Shown piece after piece: positions 14,298 to 24,730 of a stretch of DNA of 64,000 nt. The stretch's first letter is position 1. Each line of letters opens with the position of its first letter. The position numbers were made by a program, and so were the translations under genes. Below the pieces are notes generated by a model that was not told the DNA's origin, searched no databases, and saw only the letters and a program-made list of their open reading frames with translations. Source of the DNA: Styela clava (Eukaryota); NCBI RefSeq assembly GCF_964204865.1, contig NC_135251.1, positions 24,800,001 through 24,864,000 of the forward strand, read 5' to 3'.

Positions 14298-14354
14298 ATG
14301 TCAGTTTTAATATTGGAGTTGAACCAGAGTAATTTTACGCACTTAGACAATCTT
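14298..14354 (+). pseudogene. Truncated third copy of the 330-aa orphan ORF (first 19 codons)
   Basis: MSVLILELNQSNFTHLDNL, then an abrupt jump to ACCAACAACAATTATAGC, which is upstream block sequence (compare 12058 and 19476). Confidence 0.9.
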
Positions 14355-14699
14355 ACCAACAACAATTATAGCAGATCATAATAAATTACGTTAATATCCT
14401 ATCGTAGATATGGTTGCATTTTCTATATAAAAGTACATTGCAACAAATCAGTCTATATTTTGATTATTTCATTTAATTGTGTTATTCATTGCCAGTTGAT
14501 CTATCGTAATATATATATGTCGTGACGCTAATTCTTTTAAAAACATTTTCACATTTGCCCAGACGAGTTGATTTTACGATGGTTTGCTCGGTTGCCTACT
14601 TAGCCCAATTACCTATTCTTCTTAATTCATTCTTTTTTACGATTCAAACCAATTCATTGTAAGAACGAAAGCTAAAACGAGGTCAACACTCACAGAACA

Positions 14700-14926
14700 A
14701 TAGGGAAGTCAAGTTAAAATGTAAATCAATGAATATCCCGCAGTTCAGTGGGGAATAATTAAAAAGGAAATTAAACTATTACATCCCGGTTTTTCTACTG
14801 AACTATGACAACAAATAGGGCATGAATGACAGCAAATGTGAACTCAATCAAACCCTCTTTTCGTTAATTTACTTCTTAATTGTTCCTCACTGAACTGCGG
14901 GATATTCATTAACTTTACTTCTCTAT
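14700..14926. repeat. Long imperfect inverted repeat (arms about 55-70 bp, spacer about 90 bp); also at about 13221-13471 and 19820-20046
   Basis: AATGAATATCCCGCAGTTCAGTGGGGAATAATTAAAAAGGAAATTAA pairs with TTAATTTACTTCTTAATTGTTCCTCACTGAACTGCGGGATATTCATT. Confidence 0.8.
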
Positions 14927-14989
14927 TTGTATTGGAGTATCCATAATACTCTTTCTCTCTATCGGGAACAAACTTAACAATGGATAACC

Positions 14990-15634
14990 CTTATATATGT
15001 GCATGCTATCGCTTATCTTCTCAAACTGTACTTGAAATATGTTGGTCTGAAGAAATCTGGCACGGGTCAGATGAAACAGAACGTTACAGAGATACATTAG
15101 TGTTAGTGTGCAGCAATACTCTTGAATCGAATAGAACCGGGAGTACCTCTGTTAAACGCCAGCCTAAATAGTCATATGCTAAAATAATCATAAGATGAGT
15201 TAATTGCAATATAAAGGAAATTGACGGCTTCCGGTTTTGGTCCGAATAAATTAAATGAAGGATATCTGCAATATGACGATGGCAGTTGCAGCGTAAAGGT
15301 CTAATTAACGTTAAATAAGACATATACCTGATGTTTACGCTGAGGCGAGATTAAGGAATATCCTATGAAGAGTTCTGGCATGTCAAAGTAATGCTTTGTT
15401 TCAACGATCTTTTCAAAGCTCTTTACTGTACAAGTCGCCAATAACAGCAATTCCTGCGCGCATGCTACTGTGTGGTAGCTTTTCAAATTCGAGGAATAAA
15501 TGAGGCTATAATTACTTATACCGGTATTAGTAGGAGGATGAGGTTAAACAATGTTTCTAGAAAATATTTAATGATCAGTTTTCGTCTACTGAAAAAGGCG
15601 AGCTGAATATTCAGATCTCAAAACTTTGTTGCAT
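14990..15634 (-). pseudogene. Decayed intronless ORF divergent from the orphan gene; also at about 13530-14190 and 20110-20760
   Basis: A consensus frame can be rebuilt across the three copies (…ACSQELLLLAICTVKSFEKIVETKHYFDMPELFIGYSSISPQRKHQEMSYLT.FRPLRCNCHCHFADILHLIYS…YDYLGWRLTEVLPVLFDSRVLL…). Many inter-copy differences are synonymous in this frame; stops and frameshifts are scattered. Confidence 0.55.
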
Positions 15635-15807
15635 TTTTTAAACAGAAATATCTATAAATTAATACGTATAAACCAATGTCCATAACTGTATAATTTAACG
15701 CAATTATTATATGTCACCGCACTCATCTTAACTTTTTTCTAATATTTTTATTGTAAAAAATTCTATTTAGAAATTTAACTTGAAATTTTTAAAATACTCC
15801 TCTAGCT

Positions 15808-16800
15808 ATGTCAGTTTTAATATTGGAGTTGAACCAGAATAATTTTACGCACTTGGACAATCTTGTTCGAAATGAATATGCCGAAAAATCGATTGACGAA
15901 ATTTTGATGAGCGATGAGCCGATGGAGGAAGGCTTCAAAGTGACAGGACAACTGCTGCATTTCAAGAAACCCAATAAGACATCGTCAACAACTATTCAGC
16001 TTAAAAACGTGAACACTGGTCGTACCCATATACTGGTCGATTGTGCCCGCATGATGTACTTGAGATTTGGCCTGACGATGGCGGTTGTTATGGTCAAAAC
16101 TGACATGATCCCTATTGTACTCCGATTGGAAGACATGCTAGAAATAGGCCAAAACGTAGTCGTGATAGACCCTTCATACAACTACAATTGGCAAGGTTTG
16201 CCGGTTCTCAAAACAATACATCCCGTTTTGCCTGCATCACAACCCCCAGTCCCTCTTGTTTTTCACAATCTGCCAGTCGATCAATTGCCAACCAATATGT
16301 CATCATTTTGTTTCGAAGTTGATCATATTCGAGTACTCAGTGCTACTTTTATCGAAAGTTGTGACCACACATTTTGCGATGGCCGATATGGGATGGATTG
16401 CTCACGGTCTTACGACGCCGAACGAATGCTTGTGGCCCAAATTAGATTATTCATTCCAAACATCAAAGCTGAATGGCAACCGTACAGCAGCAGAGAATTG
16501 ACTCTAAATGTGTTCAAAAAAAAACTACCCTCAGTGTATCTTTCCAAAAACCTTAAATATTTCTCGATGACGCGTTTCTTGAAAGATTCGCTGCAACAGC
16601 ATAGAGGTTTCCGTATACTTGGTTGGTTTCAGCCAGAAGAAGGTACTTCTGAGATTATAACCAGCACGTATAAATTACATGTAAGCTCTCTCCAGATACT
16701 GGGACAAAAATTGCCAGAATACGAACATCAACCATCTGCGGTATCAGAGAGTGCTGTGGAGCAAAGGAATGAAACTCCCAAGAAAAAACTGAAAAAATGA
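15808..16800 (+). CDS. Intronless 330-aa orphan protein, paralog 1 (Cys motif C-x4-C-x7-C, C-terminal basic NLS-like PKKKLKK)
   Basis: 993-bp uninterrupted ORF in AT-rich DNA. The paralog at 20938 has the same length with no indels. AATAAA lies downstream at about 16937. Confidence 0.85.
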   Translation: MSVLILELNQNNFTHLDNLVRNEYAEKSIDEILMSDEPMEEGFKVTGQLLHFKKPNKTSSTTIQLKNVNTGRTHILVDCARMMYLRFGLTMAVVMVKTDMIPIVLRLEDMLEIGQNVVVIDPSYNYNWQGLPVLKTIHPVLPASQPPVPLVFHNLPVDQLPTNMSSFCFEVDHIRVLSATFIESCDHTFCDGRYGMDCSRSYDAERMLVAQIRLFIPNIKAEWQPYSSRELTLNVFKKKLPSVYLSKNLKYFSMTRFLKDSLQQHRGFRILGWFQPEEGTSEIITSTYKLHVSSLQILGQKLPEYEHQPSAVSESAVEQRNETPKKKLKK

Positions 16801-16964
16801 CGAACTAACTACATCCCATAATTTTCAAAGTTGGAAGTGCTTAGTGGTGTTTTATACATATTTTTTTCATATTCTTGTGTGATTTATACTCATTTTGGTG
16901 CTGACTATTGATCTGTGATACACTATTATTACATGCAATAAATGACGCTCTGTGTAATCATTTT

Positions 16965-17206
16965 ATTGGACACGTAGTGGACATAGCGATCGTTTCAATA
17001 TTATGTTGTTGTTCTTGTTCTTTGACACGTTTTTAAAAAGTCTCTTTTCCCTTTGATTACTGGACAAATTGCTTTGAAACTTTCAGTGGTTAAAGATAAA
17101 AATTTTCTTCAGAAGGCTATTATATTTTGTTGTTGCTATGACGTCATCAAAATTATTGCCATTAGGTAGCTCTACGTGTTCATATATTTGAGCATAGCTC
17201 TCTTGT
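16965..17206 (+). mobile_element. Non-autonomous repeat, possibly Helitron/Helentron-like; related copy at about 22342-22760
   Basis: Starts TATTGGACACG(T/A)AGTGGACATA, contains a (GTT)n microsatellite and ends TAGCTCTCTTGT in both copies. The class assignment is tentative. Confidence 0.4.
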
Positions 17207-17259
17207 ATTAATAACTATTTGTTGCCTCGAGGAAACAACAATGATGAGTAATAAGTAAA

Positions 17260-17776
17260 CTCGTTGTAAATACCAGGTTGCCAGGTATCTCAATCACGTT
17301 AGGTAGCCGTAACAACAAGGATCGGCTAACAAATCTCATACCCAGCCGATGATATTAAAAATAGGCTTGAAATTAAAACGGCAACTCTAAAGTGCTATAG
17401 GTCGGGGAGAAGTTATCCTAAGATAGGAAATGAGAAAACGCTTTTGTTAACAAATTCGATATATATTCTAAGATCTGCGGTAAATACCCCGTCGCTTATA
17501 TATACCAACTGTAGAAGTAAAAGCGTTTGATTTATGCAAGGATATAATTTTTCAAGAATATGTTGAAGTAAGCAAATGAAGTTGAGTTTATTGTAAAAGC
17601 AATGCGCAAATAATACCCCTAGTAGATATCAATCATTAAACTTATTTGACTGTAATTTTAAAAAATCGGAAATTCCTTTAAATAAAATATCCAGACCTGA
17701 ACTTGAAGATAATCTGTAAGAATTCACTGCAATTTTATCCGTAGCATGCAAATATTGTTTGGTAGAAGCTCTAAAA
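17260..17776 (+). pseudogene. Decayed intronless ORF downstream of the orphan gene; also at about 23490-24112
   Basis: Copy B reads CANNTPSRYQSLNLFDCNFKKSEIPLNKISRPELEDNL*EFTAILSVACKYCLVEAL; copy C reads …SRYPSLNLYECNFKKSEISLNKVSRP…KFTAILSVVSKYCLVEAL. Differences include the synonymous pairs TTA/CTG, TTA/TTG, TCG/TCT, AGA/AGG, TCC/TCA and CTA/CTT. Confidence 0.55.
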
Positions 17777-17885
17777 CATTGGTTCTCAATCTTCATGTTT
17801 CTGCGGACCCCTATGCTTCTCTGAAGTATCCGCGGATCCCCACAGTTTTCCAAGCGAAAACACAATAGAAGAACATAGCATAGAG

Positions 17886-18461
17886 CAGGGTGGTCCAAGG
17901 TTGTCGCCTTCGCGGGCCACAAAATTATTTTTGCATTGTTCGCGAGCCACAATAGTGTCAGAAACAGGTAAACTGGGCAATACAAAACAAACACTTTTAT
18001 TTTGCAAACAATTGATCATTATTTGTCATTTATCGCGCTAAAACATGCAAAATACGTCAGAAAAATCACTTAAACACGCAAAAGTCTTTCTATACCTACG
18101 TTTGATGTAAGATTTCGAACTCTTCACAACGGAGAAAGTGCTTCCGCAAATGTAAGTGCTCTCGAACATCGATGGGGTTCCCTCAAAATTTGGAAATGCT
18201 CATTGGTCCCATGATAGCAAAATGCTATTCTAGATTATATTTGCCATAACCAGATTGATTGATTATCAAATTTTACGAAATGCAAGGTACAGGAGAGTAA
18301 TTACTAATTTTTCTGACATATTAGAAGCATTTTTTGTAATACTGTTTAGGCTGGTTCCAAAATTATTACCAAATGCGATTTTTTTGATTATCCGACGCGG
18401 GCCACAAAAAATGAAGCTGCGGGCCACATGTGGCCCGCGGGCCTGGGTTTGGACCACCCTG
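17886..18461. mobile_element. hAT (Charlie-type) MITE, specific to copy B
   Basis: TIR CAGGGTGGTCCAA...TTGGACCACCCTG, perfect 8-bp TSD GCATAGAG, GCGGGCC subterminal repeats. The empty site is at about 24214. Confidence 0.92.
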
Positions 18462-19075
18462 GCATAGAGCTATTCGGCCGACATTCAAATTAGCTGCCGC
18501 TCCTCACGTTACTGATTTAAATCATGTGATCTTGCACTGAGACTGAGGGGATAGTGATTTTAAATGCAGTGGCGTTATTCTCACAACTACAGTATTTTGT
18601 ATGTCGTATTTTCTCTGTCCAGCATTTTTACTGCTAATGGAATGAATGTGAAACTTTACAGTACCGGTAGTCTAACGAGATCGTTGAAATTGAAATGCAA
18701 TCACAAAACCAGAAAAGAATTTTTTTAATTTTGAAGATTTCATCAAACCAAAATTTAAAGTGGAAAAATAATTTTCACGGCGTCACTCGATGTGATAGGG
18801 CGTTTTTAGCGATTGGCTTAGGCTACAGTATGACTAAATACCTGAGCAGCTTAGTTTACTCTCATCTTCTTCCAAGTTTTAAATCAAAATGCGCGTCTGT
18901 CGACATGCTAACTCTCAATTGTCTATTGGAAATTGTTATCACTTGGAATAAATTCAAAAATGAAATCTCTTCGCGGCACACAAAAATCATTTCGCGGCAG
19001 ACTAATGCGCCGCGGCACGGCGGTTGGGAGAACCACTGGATTAGAAAAACGTGAGGGAGAGGCACTTTTGCCTAG

Positions 19076-22000
19076 TTAAGTCATCATTTCCCTTCAAAAA
19101 CACAAGGGTTTCTATCTGTTTGCCTGTTGGGCTAGGGCTAGGCCTAAATTCTTTAGCAGTATGGCTTGGAATCGAGAGTGTTGAGGTAACTGAAACTCGC
19201 AGGCAATTTTTATTGACATGCTGTGACAAATTAGGAAACATTTTATTATCACGACATCATGTACGTATATCAATATTAGTAGCGCCCCACCTCCACTCTT
19301 GATGACAATTTTGAATTACAGATGTCAATTCATGGTTCGTTGGGATATTATACATGAGATGCCTTGTAGCTCTTTTCGTGGCCATGATTTAGTGTTTGTA
19401 TGTGTAGATTAAGAATTATGGAGATAGGGCCAGCGCGAGGCATCACGGAGTTCGATTAGCTCATTACCGGCGGTACCAACAACAATTATAGCAGATCATA
19501 ATAAATGACGTTAATATCCTGTCGTAAATATGGTTGCATTTTCTATATAAAAGTACATTGCAACAAATCAGTCTATATTTTGATTATTTCATTTAATTGT
19601 GCTATTCATTGCCAGTTTATCTATCGTAATATATATATGTCGTGACGCTATATCTTTTAAAAACATTTTCACATTTGCCCAGACGAGTTGATTTTACGAT
19701 GGTTTGCTCGGTTGCCTACTTAGCCCAATTACTTATTCTTCTTAATTCATTCTTTTTTACGATTCAAACCGATTCATTGTAAGAACGAAAGCTAAAACGA
19801 GGTCAACACTCACATAACAATAGGGAAGTCAAGTTAAAATGTAAATCAATGAATATCCCGCAGTTCAGTGGGGAATAATTAAAAAGGAAATTAAACAATT
19901 ACATCCCGGTTTTTCTACTGAACTATGACAACAAATAGGGCATGAATGACAGCAAATGTGAACTCAATCAAACCCTCTTTTCGTTAATTTACTTCTTAAT
20001 TGGTCCTCACTGAACTGCGGGATATTCATTAACTTTACTTCTCTATTTGTATTGGAGTGTCCATAATACTCTTTTTCTCTATCGGGAACAAACTTAACAA
20101 TGGATAACCCTTATATATGTGCATGCTATCGCTTATCTTCTCAAACTGTACTTGAAATATGTTGGTCTGAAGAAATCTGGCACGGGTTATATGAAACAGA
20201 AGAACAGACGTTACAGAGATACATTAGTGTTAGTGAGCAGCAATACTCTTGAATCGAATACAACTGGGAGTACCTCTGTTAAACGCCAGCCTAGATAGTC
20301 ATATGCTGAAATAATCATAAGATGAGTTAATTGCAATATAAAGGAAATTGACGGCTTCCGGTTTTGTTCCGAATAAATTAAATGAAGGATATCTGCAAAA
20401 TGACAATGGCAGTTGCATCGTGAAGGTCTAAATCACGTTAAATAAGACATTTCCTGATGTTTACGCCGAGGCGAGATTGAGGAATATCCTATGAAAAGTT
20501 CTGGCATGTCAAAGTAATGCTTTGTTTTAACGATCTTTTCAAAGCTCTTTACCGTACAAATCGCCAATAACAGCAATTCTTGCGAGCATGCTCATGTGTG
20601 GTCACTTTTCAAATTCGAGGAATGAATTAAGCTATAATTACTTATACCGGTATTAGTAGGAGGATGAGGTTGAACAAAGTTTCTAGAAAATATTTAATGA
20701 TCAGTTTTCGTCTACTGAAAAAGGCGAGCTGAATATTCAGATCTCAAAACTTTGTTGCATTTTTTAAACAGAAATATCTATAAATTAATACGTATAAACC
20801 AATGTCCATAACTGTATAATTTAACGCAATTATTATATGTCACCGCACTCATCTTAACTTTTTTCTAATTTATATTTTTATTATAAAAAATTCTATTTAG
20901 AAATTTAACTTGAAATTTTTAAAATACTCCTCTAGCTATGTCAGTTTTAATATTGGAGTTAAACCAGAATAATTTTACGCACTTAGACAATCTTGTTCGA
21001 AATGAATATGTCGAAAAATCGATTCAAGAAATTTTGGTATGCGATGAGCCGATGGAGGAAGGCTTCAAAGTGACAGGACAACTGCTGCATTTCAAGAAAC
21101 CCAATGATACTTCGTCAACAACTATTCAGCTTGAAAACCTGAACACCGGTCGTACCCATATAGTGGTCGATTGTGCCCGCATGATGTACTTGAGATTCGG
21201 AACGGCAATGGCGGTTGTTATGGTCAAAGCTGACATGGTCCCTATTGTACTCCGATTGGTAGATATGCTGGAAATAGGACATAACGTAGTCGTGATAGAC
21301 CCTACATGCAACTATAAATGGCGAGGTTTGCCAGTTCTCAAAACAATACATCCTGTTTTGCCTGCATTACAACCCCCAGTCCCTCCTATTCTTCGCAATC
21401 TTCCAGTCGAACAATCGTCAGCCAATATGTCATCATTTTGTTTCGAAGTTGATCATATTCGAGTACTCAGTGCTGTTTTTATCGAAAGTTGCGTCCACAC
21501 ATTTTGCGATGGCCGATTTGGGATGGATTGCCCACGCCCTTACGATGCTAGAAAAATGCTCGTCGCCAAAATAACCCTAGACATTCCCAGCATCAAAGCT
21601 AAATGGCAACCGTACAGCAGCAGAGAATTGACTCTAAATGTGTTCAAAGAAGAACTACTTAAAGTGTATCTTTCCAGAAACATTCAGTATCTGACAATGA
21701 CGCGCTTCCTGAAAGATTCTCTACGACAGCATAAAGGTTTCCGTATACTTGGTTGGTTCCAGCCAGAAGAAGGTACGTCTGAGCTTCTAACCAGCACATA
21801 TAAATTACATGTAAGCTCTCTCCAGATACTTGGACAAAAATTGCCAGAATTCGAACCTCAACCATCTGCGGTATCAGAGAGTGCAGTAGAACAAAGGAAT
21901 GAAACTCCCAAGAAAAAAACGAAAAACTGACGAACCAACTACATCTCATAATTGTCAAAATTGTAAAGTGCTTAGTTGTGTTTTATTATTTTTTATATTT

Positions 22001-24730
22001 GATTGTATGATTTATGACCATTTGGGTGATAACACTTGACCAGTGATACATTATTATTACATGCAATAAATGACGTTTTGGGTGATAATCTTCAGCTCAA
22101 TAACTCGTTGTATCAGGTTATATTAATTATTTGAGATTGCGTTAATTAAGGAACCAATAATAAAGGGTAATAAGTAGTAGTATTTCTAGCGCCTGTACTT
22201 GTAAATATAATCCTGATTTATAAAATGAAAGCTCATTTTTATTCATTTTCGGACCAAATTACGGAAGAAACATTAGGATTATTTCTCAACGTTGAAATAT
22301 TCATCAAGTAACTGAAACTGAAGTCGGTTCTTGGGACTGTTATTGGACACGAAGTGGACATAACGCTCGTTTCAATATTATGTTGTTGTTGTTGTTGTTG
22401 TTCTTTGACACGTTTTTAAAAAGTCGCTTTTCTCTTCGAATACTGGACCAATTGCTTTGAAATTTTCAGTGGTGAAAGATTAATTTTTTCGCTAGAAGGC
22501 TATTACTTTTATTTATTTCAAAATTTTGCGTGAATTCTATGAAATTTGATATTTCGTCTAAAATTTTGCTGTATTATTTTTTATCCATGGGAACACGGAT
22601 TTTAGTCAGTGTCATGACTGGCTGTACGTTTTGATTCTGCAAAATTCTTGCTACTGGAAATTCTGAATTTTTTTGAGGGTACCGGTAGCGTCAAAGGTAC
22701 CGGTAAGGACTGATTCGCTCTGGTCTAACGTGTCCATATATTTGTGCGTAGCTCTCTTGTAATATCTTATGCCTATATGTAGATCAGTTCAAATTTAACA
22801 AACATTGTTACGTAAAATAATGTCTTCCAAAATAAGGCTGCAAAACGCACAAGTATATTTTATGTAAGTCTGAATCCTAGGCATTTCGTCGTTTTCTCGT
22901 ATTTCTCCGGGATGATTTAAACAGAAGAGTTTTGTAAAACAACCGGACATAGTAGCAATCCAAAGCAATATCGAAGTTCGCTTCCACTTGTTTGACTGCA
23001 ATCGTTTATATTCCCTGACAATGTTTTTATACCGAATTATTTACATGAAGTGAGAAAATTTAGTCGTAGTGATTACATCAAAAATGTCTGGGATTTTGAC
23101 CTTTAGAGTATAGAGTATTATATATTTACGTAACAGAATTTGTTTTGAGACACTAAATTATATTATAACCTAACAAGTATATAATTCACAATCACTCGTT
23201 TAAAGAGCCTATAAATTGATTATAATTAGACAAATGACAACAGAACGTAAAAAGTTGATACTGAGTGCAAATGGTTTATTGGAGAAGAAAATATTCAGAT
23301 GATCAGTCTTCGCGCGCTGCTTGAAATTTAACTGGAATCTGTGTAAAAAATGTGATTCATTGGTCATTCCCTCGGTTTTTAACTTTCTAAAAATATGTGC
23401 GGCCCGCCAATGACTTTCAACCTTTAATTTTGGCCCGCGAACGACAAAAGTTTGCCGACTTGTGATCTGATGTTACAAATTACTTTTGATTGTGTGGGAC
23501 ACGTGCGGAAAAGTGGTACAAGACGTTCCTAAGACAACCGTTAAAGGCCCCGTTGACGTTCTAAACTCGTTCAGAAGAACATGTGCGAGAGAATTGCTAA
23601 GTATTTCAAGTGCGTTGGGTAACCGACATCACAACAACGATTGGCTAACAAATCTCATACCAAACCGAAAATATTTAAACTAGTCTCAAAATTAACGCGA
23701 CAACTCTAAAGTTCTATAGGTCGTGGAAGTAAGCTGAAACCAAAAAATCGTCTCTGTAAACTGATTCTACATATATTCTAAGATTCGCGGTGAATACCCT
23801 GTCGCTTATATCAACTGTAGAGATAAAAGATTTGGTTTATGCAAAGATAGATATAAAGTTTTAAGAATTTGTTAAAGTGAGCAAATCAAGTTGAGTTTAT
23901 TGTAGAAGTAATACGCCGTGCGAGGTATTATTGCGCATTGCGCAAATAATACCCATAGTAGATATCCTTCACTGAACTTGTACGAATGTAATTTTAAAAA
24001 ATCTGAAATTTCTTTGAATAAAGTATCCAGGCCTAAATCGAAGATAATCTGTAAAAATTCACTGCAATTTTATCAGTAGTAAGCAAATATTGTTTGGTAG
24101 AAGCTCTTAACGCAGTGGTTCTCAAACTTTATGTTCCTGCGGACCCCCTATGCTTCTCTGAGGTATCCGCGGACCCGAGAATTTTTGAAGCGAAAACACA
24201 ATAGAAGAACATAGCATAGAGCTATTCGGCCAACATTCAAACTAGCTGCCACTCCTCACGTACGCAACACAAATAGCTTACTGATTTATCTCACGTGATC
24301 TTGCACATCATGTTTGTTCCTTGCTTTCGTTTTGGTTTGAACAAGTGTGGAAAACCCATGTCCACATAAGTGAGTAAAGACTGAGGGAATAATGATTTTG
24401 AATGCAGTGGCGTAATGCTCACAACTACTTGTTTAAGTGCGATATATTCATGAATATTGATATCTAAACTTAATCTTTGTTTTTCCCTCATAAACTACTG
24501 CAAAAAGTGGAAATGTAATGAAAAAATATCAACATTTTTGATATGGAATGCCTAAATTGGGTTTTTGTCATATTTTCTCTGTCTAGCCTTTTTGCTGCTA
24601 ATAGGATGACTGCGAAACTTTACAGTACCGGTAGAATGACGAGATTGCTGAAATCCAATCACAAAACCACGGCAGCACGGTGCGAATTTTCCACTTTTGA
24701 TGACGTCACCAACCAAAACTTAAAGTGAAA
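19076..24730. repeat. Copy C of the triplicated block (most complete)
   Basis: Contains the hAT remnant, the inverted repeat, the decayed minus ORF, orphan ORF paralog 2 and the decayed plus ORF. Confidence 0.9.
20938..21930 (+). CDS. Intronless 330-aa orphan protein, paralog 2
   Basis: Full ORF; 56 of 330 residues differ from paralog 1 by hand count. AATAAA at about 22065. Confidence 0.85.
   Translation: MSVLILELNQNNFTHLDNLVRNEYVEKSIQEILVCDEPMEEGFKVTGQLLHFKKPNDTSSTTIQLENLNTGRTHIVVDCARMMYLRFGTAMAVVMVKADMVPIVLRLVDMLEIGHNVVVIDPTCNYKWRGLPVLKTIHPVLPALQPPVPPILRNLPVEQSSANMSSFCFEVDHIRVLSAVFIESCVHTFCDGRFGMDCPRPYDARKMLVAKITLDIPSIKAKWQPYSSRELTLNVFKEELLKVYLSRNIQYLTMTRFLKDSLRQHKGFRILGWFQPEEGTSELLTSTYKLHVSSLQILGQKLPEFEPQPSAVSESAVEQRNETPKKKTKN

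Larger units (their letters stand above)
11660..14354. repeat. Copy A of the triplicated block (truncated)
   Basis: Aligns by eye to 19076-20994, apart from the MITE at 12217-13018. Ends 19 codons into the orphan ORF. Confidence 0.9.
14355..18765. repeat. Copy B of the triplicated block
   Basis: Colinear with 19476-24730, apart from copy-specific insertions. Confidence 0.9.

Noticed and set aside
24026-24035. TCCAGGCCTA as the partner TIR to TAGGGCCTGGA at 11460, which would make the whole block one hAT element
   Set aside because: Only about 10 bp match, it lies inside the decayed plus-strand ORF, block homology continues about 700 bp further, and there is no matching TSD.
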